From IMG/VR virus record IMGVR_UViG_3300044591_002420, positions 61,004 to 125,003 of that record: 64,000 nucleotides of DNA; one strand, written 5' to 3'. The position numbers and the translations under genes are program-made. The stretch comes from a virus. This document shows, piece after piece, positions 10,493 through 20,996 of the stretch. The notes below the pieces were generated by a model that worked only from the letters and a program-made list of their open reading frames with translations, was not told the DNA's origin and searched no databases. Numbering within the stretch: position 1 is the stretch's first letter; each line of letters opens with the position of its first letter.

Positions 10493-11019
10493 ATAAAGAA
10501 CTTATTGATCATCTAAAATCAAGACATCTAAATTTAGAACTTCATCGTCCAATTCTTGATGAAGAACTTTCAATAGCAACCTTTCTTTTTTATAATCTAT
10601 CAGAACAACTTGTTGGTTATCAACAATACAATCCCAATGGTGATAAAAAGATCTTCAACTCAAAATTAGGTGGTCGTTATTACACTTATCGTAAACAACC
10701 AACAATTGCTATTTGGGGCCTAGAATCATATTACATTTCAGATGGACCAATTTTTATCACTGAGGGTATTTTTGACGCAGCAAGATTTACTGAAAGAAAT
10801 CAGACTGCATTTGCTGTTTGTAGTAATGATCCACCGAAGGATTATAAAAATTGGTTTGATACATTACCGAGAAAAGTTATTGCGATTTGTGATAATGATC
10901 CTGCCGGTGAAGAACTGGCTAAGTTTGGAGATTATTATGAAATTGTTCCCGACAACAAAGATGTAGGAGAATCTTCTGAAGAATATGTTCGTTATCTTAT
11001 TGAGAAATACACAAAATGA
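10489..11019 (+). CDS. Toprim-domain (DnaG primase-like) protein
   Basis: IFITEGIFDA and ICDNDPAG Toprim motifs, KDVGE. Confidence 0.8.
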   Translation: MNKELIDHLKSRHLNLELHRPILDEELSIATFLFYNLSEQLVGYQQYNPNGDKKIFNSKLGGRYYTYRKQPTIAIWGLESYYISDGPIFITEGIFDAARFTERNQTAFAVCSNDPPKDYKNWFDTLPRKVIAICDNDPAGEELAKFGDYYEIVPDNKDVGESSEEYVRYLIEKYTK

Positions 11020-12791
11020 CTATTATTAAAAACTATCGCACTCATAATTGCGGTCAATTGACATCTAAAAATGTTAATGAGATCGTGACACTTTCTGGAT
11101 GGATTGATCGTAGACGCGATCATGGTAAATTGATTTTTATTGATCTTCGTGATAGCAGCGGAGTGATTCAATTAGTTTTATCTAATGAAAATTCTGAACG
11201 TCTGAGAGTTGAGACTGTTATTCTGATTACAGGTAATGTTATTTCCAGACCGATTGAGAATATCAATAATGAAATTTCAACAGGAGAGATAGAAGTAGAA
11301 GTGAGCGATTTAATTATTCTAAACGAGGTTAAACACGTTCTACCATTTTCTGTTTCAAGAAATGAAAGAACTGTTGTGAATGAAGAGTTACGTTTACAGA
11401 ATCGTTATCTTGATCTTAGAAGTAAACGCATGAGTGATAATATACGAATGCGCCATAAAGTAACAAGATCCATTCGTAATTTCTTAGAATCGGAAAATTT
11501 TATTGAAGTTGAAACACCTATTCTTAATCGTTCAACTCCAGAAGGTGCAAGAGAATACTTGGTACCAAGTAGAATCTATAAAGGAGAATGGTTCTCTCTT
11601 TCTCAATCACCACAACTGTTTAAACAGATGCTGATGGTGGGTGGAATTGAAAGATATTATCAAATTGCACGATGCTTCAGAGATGAATCTTTAAGAGTTG
11701 ATCGACAACCAGAATTTACACAAATTGATTTAGAGATGAGCTTCATGTCTCAAGATGAAATTCTTTCTCTTAGTGAGAGAATGATTTCTACTATCTGGAA
11801 AGAAGCAAAAGGAGAAGAATTGTCCATTCCTTTTTCTAGAATGAGTTGGAAAGAATCAATGGAGAGATATGGAACAGATCGGCCAGATATTCGCTATGGA
11901 TTAGAATTATCCGATGTTTCAAAGATCTTTTCTGATTGTGGTTTTAAGGTATTTTCCAATGTGATTAAAAGTGGTGGAGTTGTTAAATGTATTACCATCA
12001 ATTCTAACAACGAATCAATTACAAAATCTCGTCTTAAAATTGGAGGAGATTTAAATGATTTGGCGATAAATTTGGGTTCCGGTGGACTCGCATATATCAA
12101 AATAAATGACGACCATGAATTTGATTGTATCAATGCCATTAAAGACAATTTAACAGAATTCCAAAAAACTGAACTGTTAGAAATAACAGAAGCTACATCT
12201 GGAAGCTTGATTATATTTTGCGCTGGTACTTCTGATGTCGTCAATAAAACACTAGGCAAAATTCGTCAAGTTCTCGCAGAGGAATTGAATCTCATTACGA
12301 ATATGAATTCCTTTTTGTGGATTGTTGATTTTCCTATGTTTGAATATAATCCAATTGAGAATAAATTGTGTTCACTCCATCATCCTTTTTGTGCTCCAAA
12401 TGAAGACGATTTAGGAACCGAACCCGATTTATGGTCTGAGCGAATTGTTCACTGCCGAGCACAATCTTATGATTTGGTTCTCAATGGATACGAATTGGGT
12501 GGTGGATCATTACGAATTCATGATTCCGAATTACAGAGAAAAGTTTTACAGATTCTCGGTCTTTCTGAAGAAAAGATTGATGATCAATTTGGATTTCTTT
12601 TAAATGCATTGGATTCTGGCGCTCCTCCTCATGGCGGATTGGCTTTTGGTTTAGATAGAATTGTTATGCTTCTTTTGAATGAAGAATCCATTCGTGATGT
12701 TATTGCCTTTCCGAAAAGCTCACAAACTAGATGTCTACTAACGGGTGCTCCTTCAACTGTTTCAGATAATCAACTTCTTGAATTTGAATAG
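11016..12791 (+). CDS. aspS: Aspartyl-tRNA synthetase (probably non-discriminating Asp/Asn type)
   Basis: RTHNCG, RRDHGKLIFIDLRD, TPEGARE, QSPQLFKQ, CFRDE..RQPEFTQ, GAD insert, HHPF, ELGGGSLRI, GAPPHGGLAFGLDR. Confidence 0.97.
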   Translation: MTIIKNYRTHNCGQLTSKNVNEIVTLSGWIDRRRDHGKLIFIDLRDSSGVIQLVLSNENSERLRVETVILITGNVISRPIENINNEISTGEIEVEVSDLIILNEVKHVLPFSVSRNERTVVNEELRLQNRYLDLRSKRMSDNIRMRHKVTRSIRNFLESENFIEVETPILNRSTPEGAREYLVPSRIYKGEWFSLSQSPQLFKQMLMVGGIERYYQIARCFRDESLRVDRQPEFTQIDLEMSFMSQDEILSLSERMISTIWKEAKGEELSIPFSRMSWKESMERYGTDRPDIRYGLELSDVSKIFSDCGFKVFSNVIKSGGVVKCITINSNNESITKSRLKIGGDLNDLAINLGSGGLAYIKINDDHEFDCINAIKDNLTEFQKTELLEITEATSGSLIIFCAGTSDVVNKTLGKIRQVLAEELNLITNMNSFLWIVDFPMFEYNPIENKLCSLHHPFCAPNEDDLGTEPDLWSERIVHCRAQSYDLVLNGYELGGGSLRIHDSELQRKVLQILGLSEEKIDDQFGFLLNALDSGAPPHGGLAFGLDRIVMLLLNEESIRDVIAFPKSSQTRCLLTGAPSTVSDNQLLEFE

Positions 12792-12956
12792 AGTTTATGG
12801 ATAACAAAAAAGGACAGTCTAAAATCCGTCCACCTCCGGCTCCACACTCTCCGATCTATGCTATGTTGATTAGGTCGGTGAGAGATCAATAATCCACCAA
12901 CCATCCACAACCACGTTCACTCCTGTTAGTATTCACACTGTCGTACTGAACCAACC

Positions 12957-14207
12957 ATGACCAAAGAAGCAACTTTTGAGACTGCCGATTTCTTTATTGT
13001 TCCCGAAGAAGTTTCTTACTTCTCTACTCCAAACTTTACCTCATACTATAATAACATGCGTACAGATTATGAGGCAAAAGAACATACTTTCAAAAAAGCA
13101 GTCATTGCTGGAGCTGTTATTCTGGCTGCTTCAAAGGCACAACGTCTTCATACAGTTTGGCCCGATATTCCTAATGACTATTTTCGGAATTATTGGCCTC
13201 TTCTTGAACTTCCGATTGAGCTTGAACTACTTAATGATGAGCTGGTCGCCAACTGGTTTCGGGAGAACATGAGCTATCGTACATTTTTCAATATGATTTA
13301 TCGTCATGCTCGTCGTTATGGAAAGGCTCTTTATCAAGAAGATGAGATTCCAAATAAATTGACCGAGATTAACTTTGATGATATTCTTAAATCTGGTACA
13401 GGTACAGTAGAAAGTATTTTGGATCAGTTGGCACTCAAAGAAGAAGCGATTTATGATAATTATATTAATGGAAATATGGAAGATTCTGATTCAAATCAAG
13501 AATCTTTCCGTGCAATCAGCATTCTTTATCATATCGCGGGACATCCTAACACTTCCTCTGAGACATTGGCGCGGTTGGCATCCAATGACGATTATCCATC
13601 ATATGTGTATCGGCAGGTTGTATTGAATCCGAACACACCAGAAGATATTCGGCTCAGTCTTATTATTGAACGGGGTGTTGAAGATGTGAATTCTCAGCTC
13701 AAAGATACACTTAGTCAGCTCCAAAAAATGCTAAAAGCTGGCGATACCATTGTTCCAGAAACTCGTAAAGATGATGGAACAATTAAGAAGTGGCGTTGGC
13801 GTCTTATTGATTTTCACGATAACATCAGCTATCTTTATCTGATGCGAGAGATTAAAAATGTTGAGTTTACCAACAATACCATCAAAAATCAGTATCAAGA
13901 AGGCTCCTGGAATGTATATCAACCCAAAGATAGCGTGGCTCTAGCAATGTGGGCACAAAAAGTCAAGAATTGTATTCGTTCACGAGAAGATAATGTTCAC
14001 AGTGGGGATTCAGAAATCGTATTCATTGAGCGTAATGGTGTTCCCGCTTATACTGTTGAAGTTCGTCCGGGAGCACCTAAACGTCGCAATCTCTCAGAAC
14101 TTAATATCAAAGAGATTCAGGCATTTGGTGCTCGCACCGGCACCACTCGTGACAATCAAGGAGAGATCTTGAATATGATTAAGCGTGCGATGGAAGCAAA
14201 TGTATGA
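12957..14207 (+). CDS. PcfJ-like protein with inserted LRV repeats
   Basis: HPNTSSETLARLASND..VVLNPNTP insert; C-terminal WAQKVKNCIRS...YTVEV resembles PcfJ domains. Confidence 0.55.
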   Translation: MTKEATFETADFFIVPEEVSYFSTPNFTSYYNNMRTDYEAKEHTFKKAVIAGAVILAASKAQRLHTVWPDIPNDYFRNYWPLLELPIELELLNDELVANWFRENMSYRTFFNMIYRHARRYGKALYQEDEIPNKLTEINFDDILKSGTGTVESILDQLALKEEAIYDNYINGNMEDSDSNQESFRAISILYHIAGHPNTSSETLARLASNDDYPSYVYRQVVLNPNTPEDIRLSLIIERGVEDVNSQLKDTLSQLQKMLKAGDTIVPETRKDDGTIKKWRWRLIDFHDNISYLYLMREIKNVEFTNNTIKNQYQEGSWNVYQPKDSVALAMWAQKVKNCIRSREDNVHSGDSEIVFIERNGVPAYTVEVRPGAPKRRNLSELNIKEIQAFGARTGTTRDNQGEILNMIKRAMEANV

Positions 14208-14407
14208 ACTACAAGCTACTGCTTTATTTTCTACTCTTTGAGATTGGAGAGTTCACCGCATTTTGGCTGATCGCCGATTACATTCCACTAGCATTTACAC
14301 AACTACAGATCTTTATTGGTCTTATTGTTATTGATGTGGTAGTAACCGAAATCGTATTTCCTGGTGCATTTGTGACTCTTTACCGGAACATCTTTAACAA
14401 ACACTAA
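14204..14407 (+). CDS. Small two-TM membrane protein
   Basis: Two hydrophobic helices. Confidence 0.7.
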   Translation: MNYKLLLYFLLFEIGEFTAFWLIADYIPLAFTQLQIFIGLIVIDVVVTEIVFPGAFVTLYRNIFNKH

Positions 14408-14422
14408 TTGGAAATTTCTTAA

Positions 14423-14842
14423 ATGACAAAAAATGACGATTCGGTAATTTTTACTTTTTTCGCCTGGTGTGGATTGATTCTCGGCATTATCATTCTCGTT
14501 TTAGCGATCTTCGGTCCCTATTATTCTGTATGGCAACAGGGACTTGAGGGTAAATCAGAATTGATGAAAGCTGAATACACTAGACAGATCGCTGTTCTTG
14601 AATCCAAGGCTAAATTTGAAAGCGCAAAAGCACTAGCACAAGCTGAAGTAGAACGTGCAAAAGGAGTTTCACAAGCGAATCAGATTATCGCCAGCTCATT
14701 GAAAGATAATCCCGAATATCTTTCTTATCTTTGGATCACTGGACTTCAAGAAGGGGCTGATCATGGTAACAAAACCATTTACATGATCCCTTCACAGACA
14801 GCCATTCCCGCGCCAGTTTTTAATCTAGACAAAACCGCATGA
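14423..14842 (+). CDS. Membrane-anchored SPFH/band-7-like coiled-coil protein
   Basis: TM helix then AQAEVERAKGVSQANQIIASSL..YLSYLWI. Confidence 0.65.
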   Translation: MTKNDDSVIFTFFAWCGLILGIIILVLAIFGPYYSVWQQGLEGKSELMKAEYTRQIAVLESKAKFESAKALAQAEVERAKGVSQANQIIASSLKDNPEYLSYLWITGLQEGADHGNKTIYMIPSQTAIPAPVFNLDKTA

Positions 14843-14879
14843 TCCAATTTGGGTGCCTTTAATGGCGCCCATTCTTATT

Positions 14880-15125
14880 ATGAGCAAACTTGACCGGGCA
14901 AGAAATCCGAACACCCCACCAAAAGCACTAGAACAACTAGCATCCGATGAGCATTATCTTGTTCGGTATTATGTAGCAGAAAACCCAAATACTCCACCAA
15001 AAGCCCTAGAAATTCTAGCAAATGATGTGGATTATTGGATTCGTCGTTGGGTAGCAATAAACCCGAACACACCTCACTATCTCAAAAAGTATCTTAAAAT
15101 TCAAGAACAGCTTATCAAATTATGA
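14880..15125 (+). CDS. LRV repeat protein (2 repeats + C-cap)
   Basis: Repeat consensus and cap. Confidence 0.8.
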   Translation: MSKLDRARNPNTPPKALEQLASDEHYLVRYYVAENPNTPPKALEILANDVDYWIRRWVAINPNTPHYLKKYLKIQEQLIKL

Positions 15126-15433
15126 GAATTCTATCTATTTCATTAAATGCCATTATATTAGTCATTGACATTATCATTGTTTTGATTATCAATATCTTTG
15201 AGTTTGTCATTGCATTCTTAGCTATTTTATTGTTCAATAATCCAGACTATGAACCACTGATCAGTCAAGAAAGGCGGCTTAATTTCATAGATCAAATGAA
15301 TGATTCTTATCTAAAACTAAGTGAATTTAAACCTGAGAATTTTAAAACCGAGAATGATGCATTGGATTTCATAAATCAATATCTGAAAGACGCCAACCGA
15401 CTGTACTGGACAATGATCCTAGGTGACTCCTGA
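15122..15433 (+). CDS. Membrane protein
   Basis: Long hydrophobic N-terminus; ATGA overlap. Confidence 0.65.
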   Translation: MRILSISLNAIILVIDIIIVLIINIFEFVIAFLAILLFNNPDYEPLISQERRLNFIDQMNDSYLKLSEFKPENFKTENDALDFINQYLKDANRLYWTMILGDS

Positions 15434-15571
15434 GAGACCCTAGAAGGCGGCTCTAGTCCGTTTGCCGTGCTCCAGATCAAAGGACAATTCTTCAACTGTC
15501 CATTTTTGTACCCTTTCTTCGGATATGTGCTCTAGCATGGAGAGGTCAACAACACCCACAATAATGGAGAA

Positions 15572-16084
15572 ATGACATCACCTTCCATCGAAAATCTTTC
15601 CATTGAAGAAATTAATGCTCTTCTTCCACAACTTCAACGAGCACTAGAAGTTGCTGAGCGACCACCCATTGATGAGTTGGTTAGTAAAAAATTTGAGGAT
15701 GAGTGGGAAATTATTGAGCTTAGTCTAAATCAAGCACACGAAGATGATTTGGAGCGAACCAAAGAACACCTTTTTCTCTTTACTTCACTTGAAGCCGTTC
15801 TGACTTCATCCATTGGAGAAGAAAACACTAAGCTTTTTCTTAATATCGCCAATAAATGTGTTCAAGAAAATTCTTTTCGGAATACATTCTCGTTTTATAA
15901 TAAAGTTAGTGATTCCACTATTCGCACAATTGCCCGCCTATCTTTCTGTGTTCTTCAACTCAAATTGGGTACACGCAAATCTTACGACATTAAATCAAAA
16001 GTCAACGAATGTTTACTGAATTGCCCAGAATTGGTTCAAAAAACCTTTGACATCTATCAACAACTCGGTCTCATCTCTCTTTGA
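15572..16084 (+). CDS. Hypothetical helical protein
   Basis: Follows palindrome 15481; GGAG RBS. Confidence 0.75.
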   Translation: MTSPSIENLSIEEINALLPQLQRALEVAERPPIDELVSKKFEDEWEIIELSLNQAHEDDLERTKEHLFLFTSLEAVLTSSIGEENTKLFLNIANKCVQENSFRNTFSFYNKVSDSTIRTIARLSFCVLQLKLGTRKSYDIKSKVNECLLNCPELVQKTFDIYQQLGLISL

Positions 16085-16093
16085 TTATACATT

Positions 16094-16642
16094 ATGATTA
16101 ATCTTGAAAATCCACAAAAACTGAAGAATACGATTGAAATGCTTCTTGCTCGTAGACAAGAGCTTGAAAACACCCGAAGTATTTCTGACATTATTAATGA
16201 CACATTCACACAACGATGGAGTGTTATTGAAGAAACTAAACAGTCGGAGTTTTCCAAAAAGGTAACAAAAGCCCGTTTGGTTGTCCGACTTGAAGTGGCA
16301 CTCGTTAATGCAATTTCTGATTATGTTTCACCTGAGTTTATTGAAGAACTTAATGTAGGTCTGGCAAGAGTTAGAATGACCGAGGATCTAAAATCTCTTA
16401 AGGGTGTCTACCATAAGTACCGAGATGATGTAAAACATCGCCAAGTTATTAAGCTGATTAGTAGCATTTATCGCTATAACATTCTTCTTAGTGAAGATAA
16501 CAAAAGCTGTTATTTTTACGCTACTAGGATCAATTTGAAATCGGTAATTCGTTATGCGACTCTTTGTCCTCATTGTGGTGAAATTGCAAAACAGATTCTT
16601 CAAAATATTCAGCGGACTAAAGTAGTGGAGCTTCCAGAATGA
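16094..16642 (+). CDS. Hypothetical protein, distant paralog of 15572..16084
   Basis: SISDIINDTFTQRWSVIE vs PIDELVSKKFEDEWEIIE; CP near both C-termini. Confidence 0.7.
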   Translation: MINLENPQKLKNTIEMLLARRQELENTRSISDIINDTFTQRWSVIEETKQSEFSKKVTKARLVVRLEVALVNAISDYVSPEFIEELNVGLARVRMTEDLKSLKGVYHKYRDDVKHRQVIKLISSIYRYNILLSEDNKSCYFYATRINLKSVIRYATLCPHCGEIAKQILQNIQRTKVVELPE

Positions 16643-16720
16643 CCACTTTCTGAACTGTCCACTAAGACCTCTTAGCTCTCTAGAGATATGTTATTCTTTA
16701 GATGAGCTAGGAGGTTTTTC

Positions 16721-16987
16721 TTGACCACAACACTCTACCACGCAACAACACCAAAAAAGGTACAAAAATACCATCAAACTGGTCACATTATCAAACCAGT
16801 TCGTGGATTTACAACTCTTGAAGCAGCCATGGCATGGGCAATGAAAACTCAACGATCGGTAATTCTTGAAATCTCAGGGAATGATTGTCATAAACTTCCA
16901 GATCATCACAATAAATTCGGAGAAGCGTGGTGGTTTGATGAAAATATCTCCACTTGGAAATGTATTGTTTCACCAGGAAAAGTTTAA
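16721..16987 (+). CDS. Small protein, possible ADP-ribosyltransferase-like fold
   Basis: N-terminal LYHATT motif; AGGAGG RBS. Confidence 0.45.
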   Translation: MTTTLYHATTPKKVQKYHQTGHIIKPVRGFTTLEAAMAWAMKTQRSVILEISGNDCHKLPDHHNKFGEAWWFDENISTWKCIVSPGKV

Positions 16988-16993
16988 TTGATT

Positions 16994-17359
16994 ATGAAAT
17001 ACTGTTATTTTTTGTATGCTAGATCAAACAAAACTTTTACATTTAATCAAATTTCAACATTAGACCATGAAATTTCTGCTACGGACATTAGGGAATGGGA
17101 AAAATATCTTGATACAGAACACCCCGAAAGAGGTGAGTGGATGGTTGTTTCAATAACTCTTCTGTCAAAAACGAATGAGAATTCAGACGAGACGAATCCT
17201 TATGTTGTTCATAATGTCTCGCGTAATGAGAAAACATATTTTCCTTTCCGAAGTGATGCTGAAGCTTATTTTGATCTTCTTAAGGATGAATTGGGTTCTG
17301 GTTGTGAAATTGAGATGTGTATGATTATTAAGAAGCATGTCCCACCAGAAAGATTGTGA
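16994..17359 (+). CDS. Hypothetical protein
   Basis: Packed ORF. Confidence 0.7.
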   Translation: MKYCYFLYARSNKTFTFNQISTLDHEISATDIREWEKYLDTEHPERGEWMVVSITLLSKTNENSDETNPYVVHNVSRNEKTYFPFRSDAEAYFDLLKDELGSGCEIEMCMIIKKHVPPERL

Positions 17360-17437
17360 CGGTTTTTGATCTGACACACATCTTGATCCCTGTCGCCGTT
17401 CTATCCATTATTCTTGATTAGTTATTGGAGAAAAACC

Positions 17438-17947
17438 ATGAACATTTTTGCAACTTCATCTTGCCCCGAACAATCAGCAATCGTTCTTCCTGATAAGCAC
17501 ATCAATAAGATGCCAACTGAATGTTGTCAGATGTTGGCATATGCCGCATCATCTTCTTACAATAACTACGGAACAATTCCAAAAATCAACGGTGAACCAT
17601 ATAAGACCACAAATATCGCTCATCTTAAGCATCCATGTACAAAATGGGCAGCAGAATCAATTCATAATGCTTCCTGGTTGATTTATCATGCGTTTATGTT
17701 GTGTGAAGAATTTGAGCGCCGATTTGGTCATAAACATGGAACTTATAATACTCTCATGGCAGCTTATGTGTTGTTTCCAGAAGGTCAATTTTCGTTGATA
17801 ACTCCATTTGTTCGCTCAATGGATGAAGTTTTTAAGTTTGATACTACCATTGATACGTTTATGGCATATAAGCTCTATCTTGCGAGTAAGCCATGGATTC
17901 AGGATAATTATATTCGTTTGCCCGAAAGGAAGCCGGAATGGATTTAA
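17438..17947 (+). CDS. Pyrimidine-dimer DNA glycosylase-like (DenV-related) phage protein
   Basis: MNIF..DKHINKMPTECCQML..HLKHPCTKWA..RKPEW, a family common in T4-like phages. Confidence 0.6.
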   Translation: MNIFATSSCPEQSAIVLPDKHINKMPTECCQMLAYAASSSYNNYGTIPKINGEPYKTTNIAHLKHPCTKWAAESIHNASWLIYHAFMLCEEFERRFGHKHGTYNTLMAAYVLFPEGQFSLITPFVRSMDEVFKFDTTIDTFMAYKLYLASKPWIQDNYIRLPERKPEWI

Positions 17948-18351
17948 ATTCTAAAATAATACAATCTAATAACCCAAACACTTCACCCGAAATCCTAGAT
18001 CAACTAGCAGCAGATCCGAGATATTGTGTTCGTATGGGTGTAGCAGAAAATCCAAACACATCGCCAGAAGTCTTAGAACAACTAGCGACCGATGATGATC
18101 TTTGGGTTCGTCGTGGTGTAGCACGAAATCCAAACACATCACCACATATTCTGGAATTATTGGCGACCGATAATTATTATATTGTTCTTTGGAACGTAGC
18201 ACTACATCCAAACACCTCACCAAAAGCACTAGAAATTCTAGCGACCGATATGGATTATTCTATCTGCCATAAAGTAACAGAAAATCCAAACACTCCACAA
18301 TACATTAAGAATTATATTAAAATTCAAGAACAGCTTAAGACACTTTCATAA
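17938..18351 (+). CDS. LRV repeat protein (4 repeats + C-cap)
   Basis: Repeat consensus and cap. Confidence 0.85.
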   Translation: MDLNSKIIQSNNPNTSPEILDQLAADPRYCVRMGVAENPNTSPEVLEQLATDDDLWVRRGVARNPNTSPHILELLATDNYYIVLWNVALHPNTSPKALEILATDMDYSICHKVTENPNTPQYIKNYIKIQEQLKTLS

Positions 18352-18416
18352 CTGTCACAATAACCACCCATTTCCACAATCCATCCGTTAAACCACAAAC
18401 TGTATCTGAGATTACC

Positions 18417-19097
18417 ATGAATTCTTCTGAAATCACAACCGCTGTTAGTGAAGCGCTTCAACGACATATCCCTCTTATTGTTGAAGAAGTAACAACAAAG
18501 CTAATCAAGAAAGAAAAATGGGAAGATTATAGTGTTGAGAAACTATCTGCGATGGCAGTGAGTGAAGATTACAAGCAAAGATGTTCTGCCGCAGCACATC
18601 CAAGAACACCCATGGAAATCATTTATAAGCTGCTTGAGGATCCGAATCATAATGTTAGGTTAGCAGTAGGACGAAATCCTAATATTCCACTCATCACTCT
18701 TAGCTCACTTTCATTATATCCATCTTTAATCAAAAGACTTAAAACTGAGGGGAATTTAAATCAAATTATGGAGTTTTTTGATGAAGCTAAAGCCAATAAA
18801 AGCACCCGACGAAGCTTTAGAATGTTGATTGAAGAAAGAATTATGAATGGTGATTTTGATGACGAGCTTAACAACGGTGTTGACGGATCGCGTGGAATTT
18901 TTAACTTGAATACACCAGCCAAATCACTTATTAATTGGACTAAAAATACTTCAGATTTTTATTATGATTTTAGATTTTTATGTAAACTCATGATTAAATA
19001 TCGGTTCAAAAGATTCCTCCAAACTGCAACGCCAGACGAAAAAGAGTTATTGATCCATCTTATGCCAACATTAGCAAGTTTTATGACCACTCCATAA
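18417..19097 (+). CDS. Hypothetical protein with 2 degenerate LRV repeats
   Basis: AAHPRTP..EDPNHNVRLAVGRNPNIP. Confidence 0.75.
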   Translation: MNSSEITTAVSEALQRHIPLIVEEVTTKLIKKEKWEDYSVEKLSAMAVSEDYKQRCSAAAHPRTPMEIIYKLLEDPNHNVRLAVGRNPNIPLITLSSLSLYPSLIKRLKTEGNLNQIMEFFDEAKANKSTRRSFRMLIEERIMNGDFDDELNNGVDGSRGIFNLNTPAKSLINWTKNTSDFYYDFRFLCKLMIKYRFKRFLQTATPDEKELLIHLMPTLASFMTTP

Positions 19098-19166
19098 ACT
19101 GTCACACCACAAACAGAAGATCAGCGTTTCCTGACTTACACTGTATGAGTCTTCAACCAGCTTCGT

Positions 19167-20335
19167 ATGACCTTCTCAGAATTCCGCCGAAACGCAAAAA
19201 ACTCTGCAATCCATAATCCTTCGCGTTCTTATGGGCAAGCTATTATGGATTATCTTTGTGGTGTTTCGCCTAATCTTTATGATCAAATTCCCGATGAGGC
19301 AAATCCCACTCAAGATGATTCACGATCTGATGCCTTTTTTGATTTTGTTAAGGACAATTGGGGTCAAGATCTGAGTTAAAGTAAATTCATTCAATTTCAC
19401 GGTATTTGATTATGTACAATGTAACATCGCGCCAAGTAACAACCAAAGTTATTAATCTTTCTCTTGATGGTGAACTAGCAAGAAATTTGGCTAGACTTAT
19501 TGAAACTCATTTTGATTTCGTTAAGGATTTGGGATTTGATCCTAAAATACGTCTTGAACTTGAAAATCTCGCTAATTCTCTCAAGGGACATCTTTAATCA
19601 TGAATCTCTCTGGCTACATGATCTTTAATGATTATAACATGCTCGTACAACCAGAGCGATGTTATCTCGTGAAAGCTTCTGATATTATTGATGAAGGGCC
19701 TTGTTCTCCCGGAATCAATGAAGCCAAACAAAAAGGCATTAAACTATCCACACTTTTTGATCTTCTTCCCAACATTCAACAATGATTCAAACTACCGTAC
19801 AAAAAACAGAATACTGGATTCTTGGAGCAATTCAACGTTTTAAATTTCTTGGTATTATCAAGGGCACCTTTTTTGACAATAAACTGTCTACACTACCAGA
19901 AGATCTTGACTGGTGGGAACTTGATGGTACACGAGAGGAATGGTGTGATTCAGATATCCTCAAAAGAAAAATGAATGAGTTTTTTAATGAGCTTTATCCG
20001 ATAGAAAAGGTTATTATGATTAATAATTTGGGTTATTTCTTTATTGGTGGGGAAGTAAGAACTCAATTTATGAGATCTGCATTTTCTAATCTTTATGATG
20101 GTAAATCATGAGCACAACATTTTTAAAAAGTAATCAAATCACGATCGGTTCAAAATGGAAGCGTGTTGATGGTTCTAAACAAATTGTAACAATTGACAAT
20201 ATTAAGAATTATCCAGCTTCCGATCACGAATTAAGCAATTGGTGTTATGTTTATTATTCCTGGGAAGAAAATGAACAGACTATGAGTGATCATAGAGATC
20301 ATCTCAGTTTTCAATGTCGCTATTGTCCATTATGA
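19167..20335 (+). other. Run of five small hypothetical early genes (19167, 19412, 19600, 19782, 20108)
   Basis: Contiguous co-directional ORFs between palindromes 19084 and 20520. Confidence 0.65.
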
Positions 20336-20600
20336 CCCAAGCACAATATAGGCGTTTCTGTTATTAAAGCCCGTTCTTTCGTTAATAATCTTCTCAAAAA
20401 GTATCATCAACAACGTATTGATTTAGAGATTGTTAAAGTCTGGTGTTATCGGAAACATCATCCGAGACATAAGACTTTTTATGCCTGTTATCCCGATGAA
20501 CCGAACAGATGGATCAAGTGTGACGGTTATTGAACTGTCCACTCACCCATCAGTTTTTCTCTGTTCCCCGTTAGTATATTACTAATTCCACGAAACCACC

Positions 20601-20885
20601 ATGAACCCGATCACAGCAAAGGAGCCAACCATGAACCCGATCACCGCAGAAGAAGCACGATCCTTGGCAGAGGATGTTGTTGAGACACTAGACAAAATTT
20701 ATGATCATATTCGTGAATACGCCAAAAAACATGATAACACTGGTTATTTTGTAAAATGTTTTCAAGCTAAACGGATTAAAGCTGAATTAGAAAGAAATGG
20801 TTACTACGTTAGTGCATCAGAGAAGCAAACAGAATGTGATGGCCGTATGATTTATTTGTATATTAGCTGGGATAAAGAAACATGA
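20601..20885 (+). CDS. Hypothetical protein with duplicated N-terminus
   Basis: MNPITA twice, 30 bp apart. Confidence 0.7.
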   Translation: MNPITAKEPTMNPITAEEARSLAEDVVETLDKIYDHIREYAKKHDNTGYFVKCFQAKRIKAELERNGYYVSASEKQTECDGRMIYLYISWDKET

Positions 20886-20996
20886 AAAAACAAGATCTCA
20901 TTGAAATTCTAAGCCGACTTCCTGACGATTTGGAATAATGGAAAATCTACTTTTTGTAGTGATCTCAACATCACCCTCATTGAATTCACCAAACCA

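Noticed and set aside
5486-12791. Window being bacterial chromosome because of lysS and aspS
   Set aside because: Both genes are tightly coupled to phage-type ORFs, flanked by the phage palindrome, AT-rich, and on the same contig as T4-like baseplate genes
15418-15480. GC-rich intergenic patch with small hairpins (possible tRNA or ncRNA)
   Set aside because: No cloverleaf or T-loop signature; single copy
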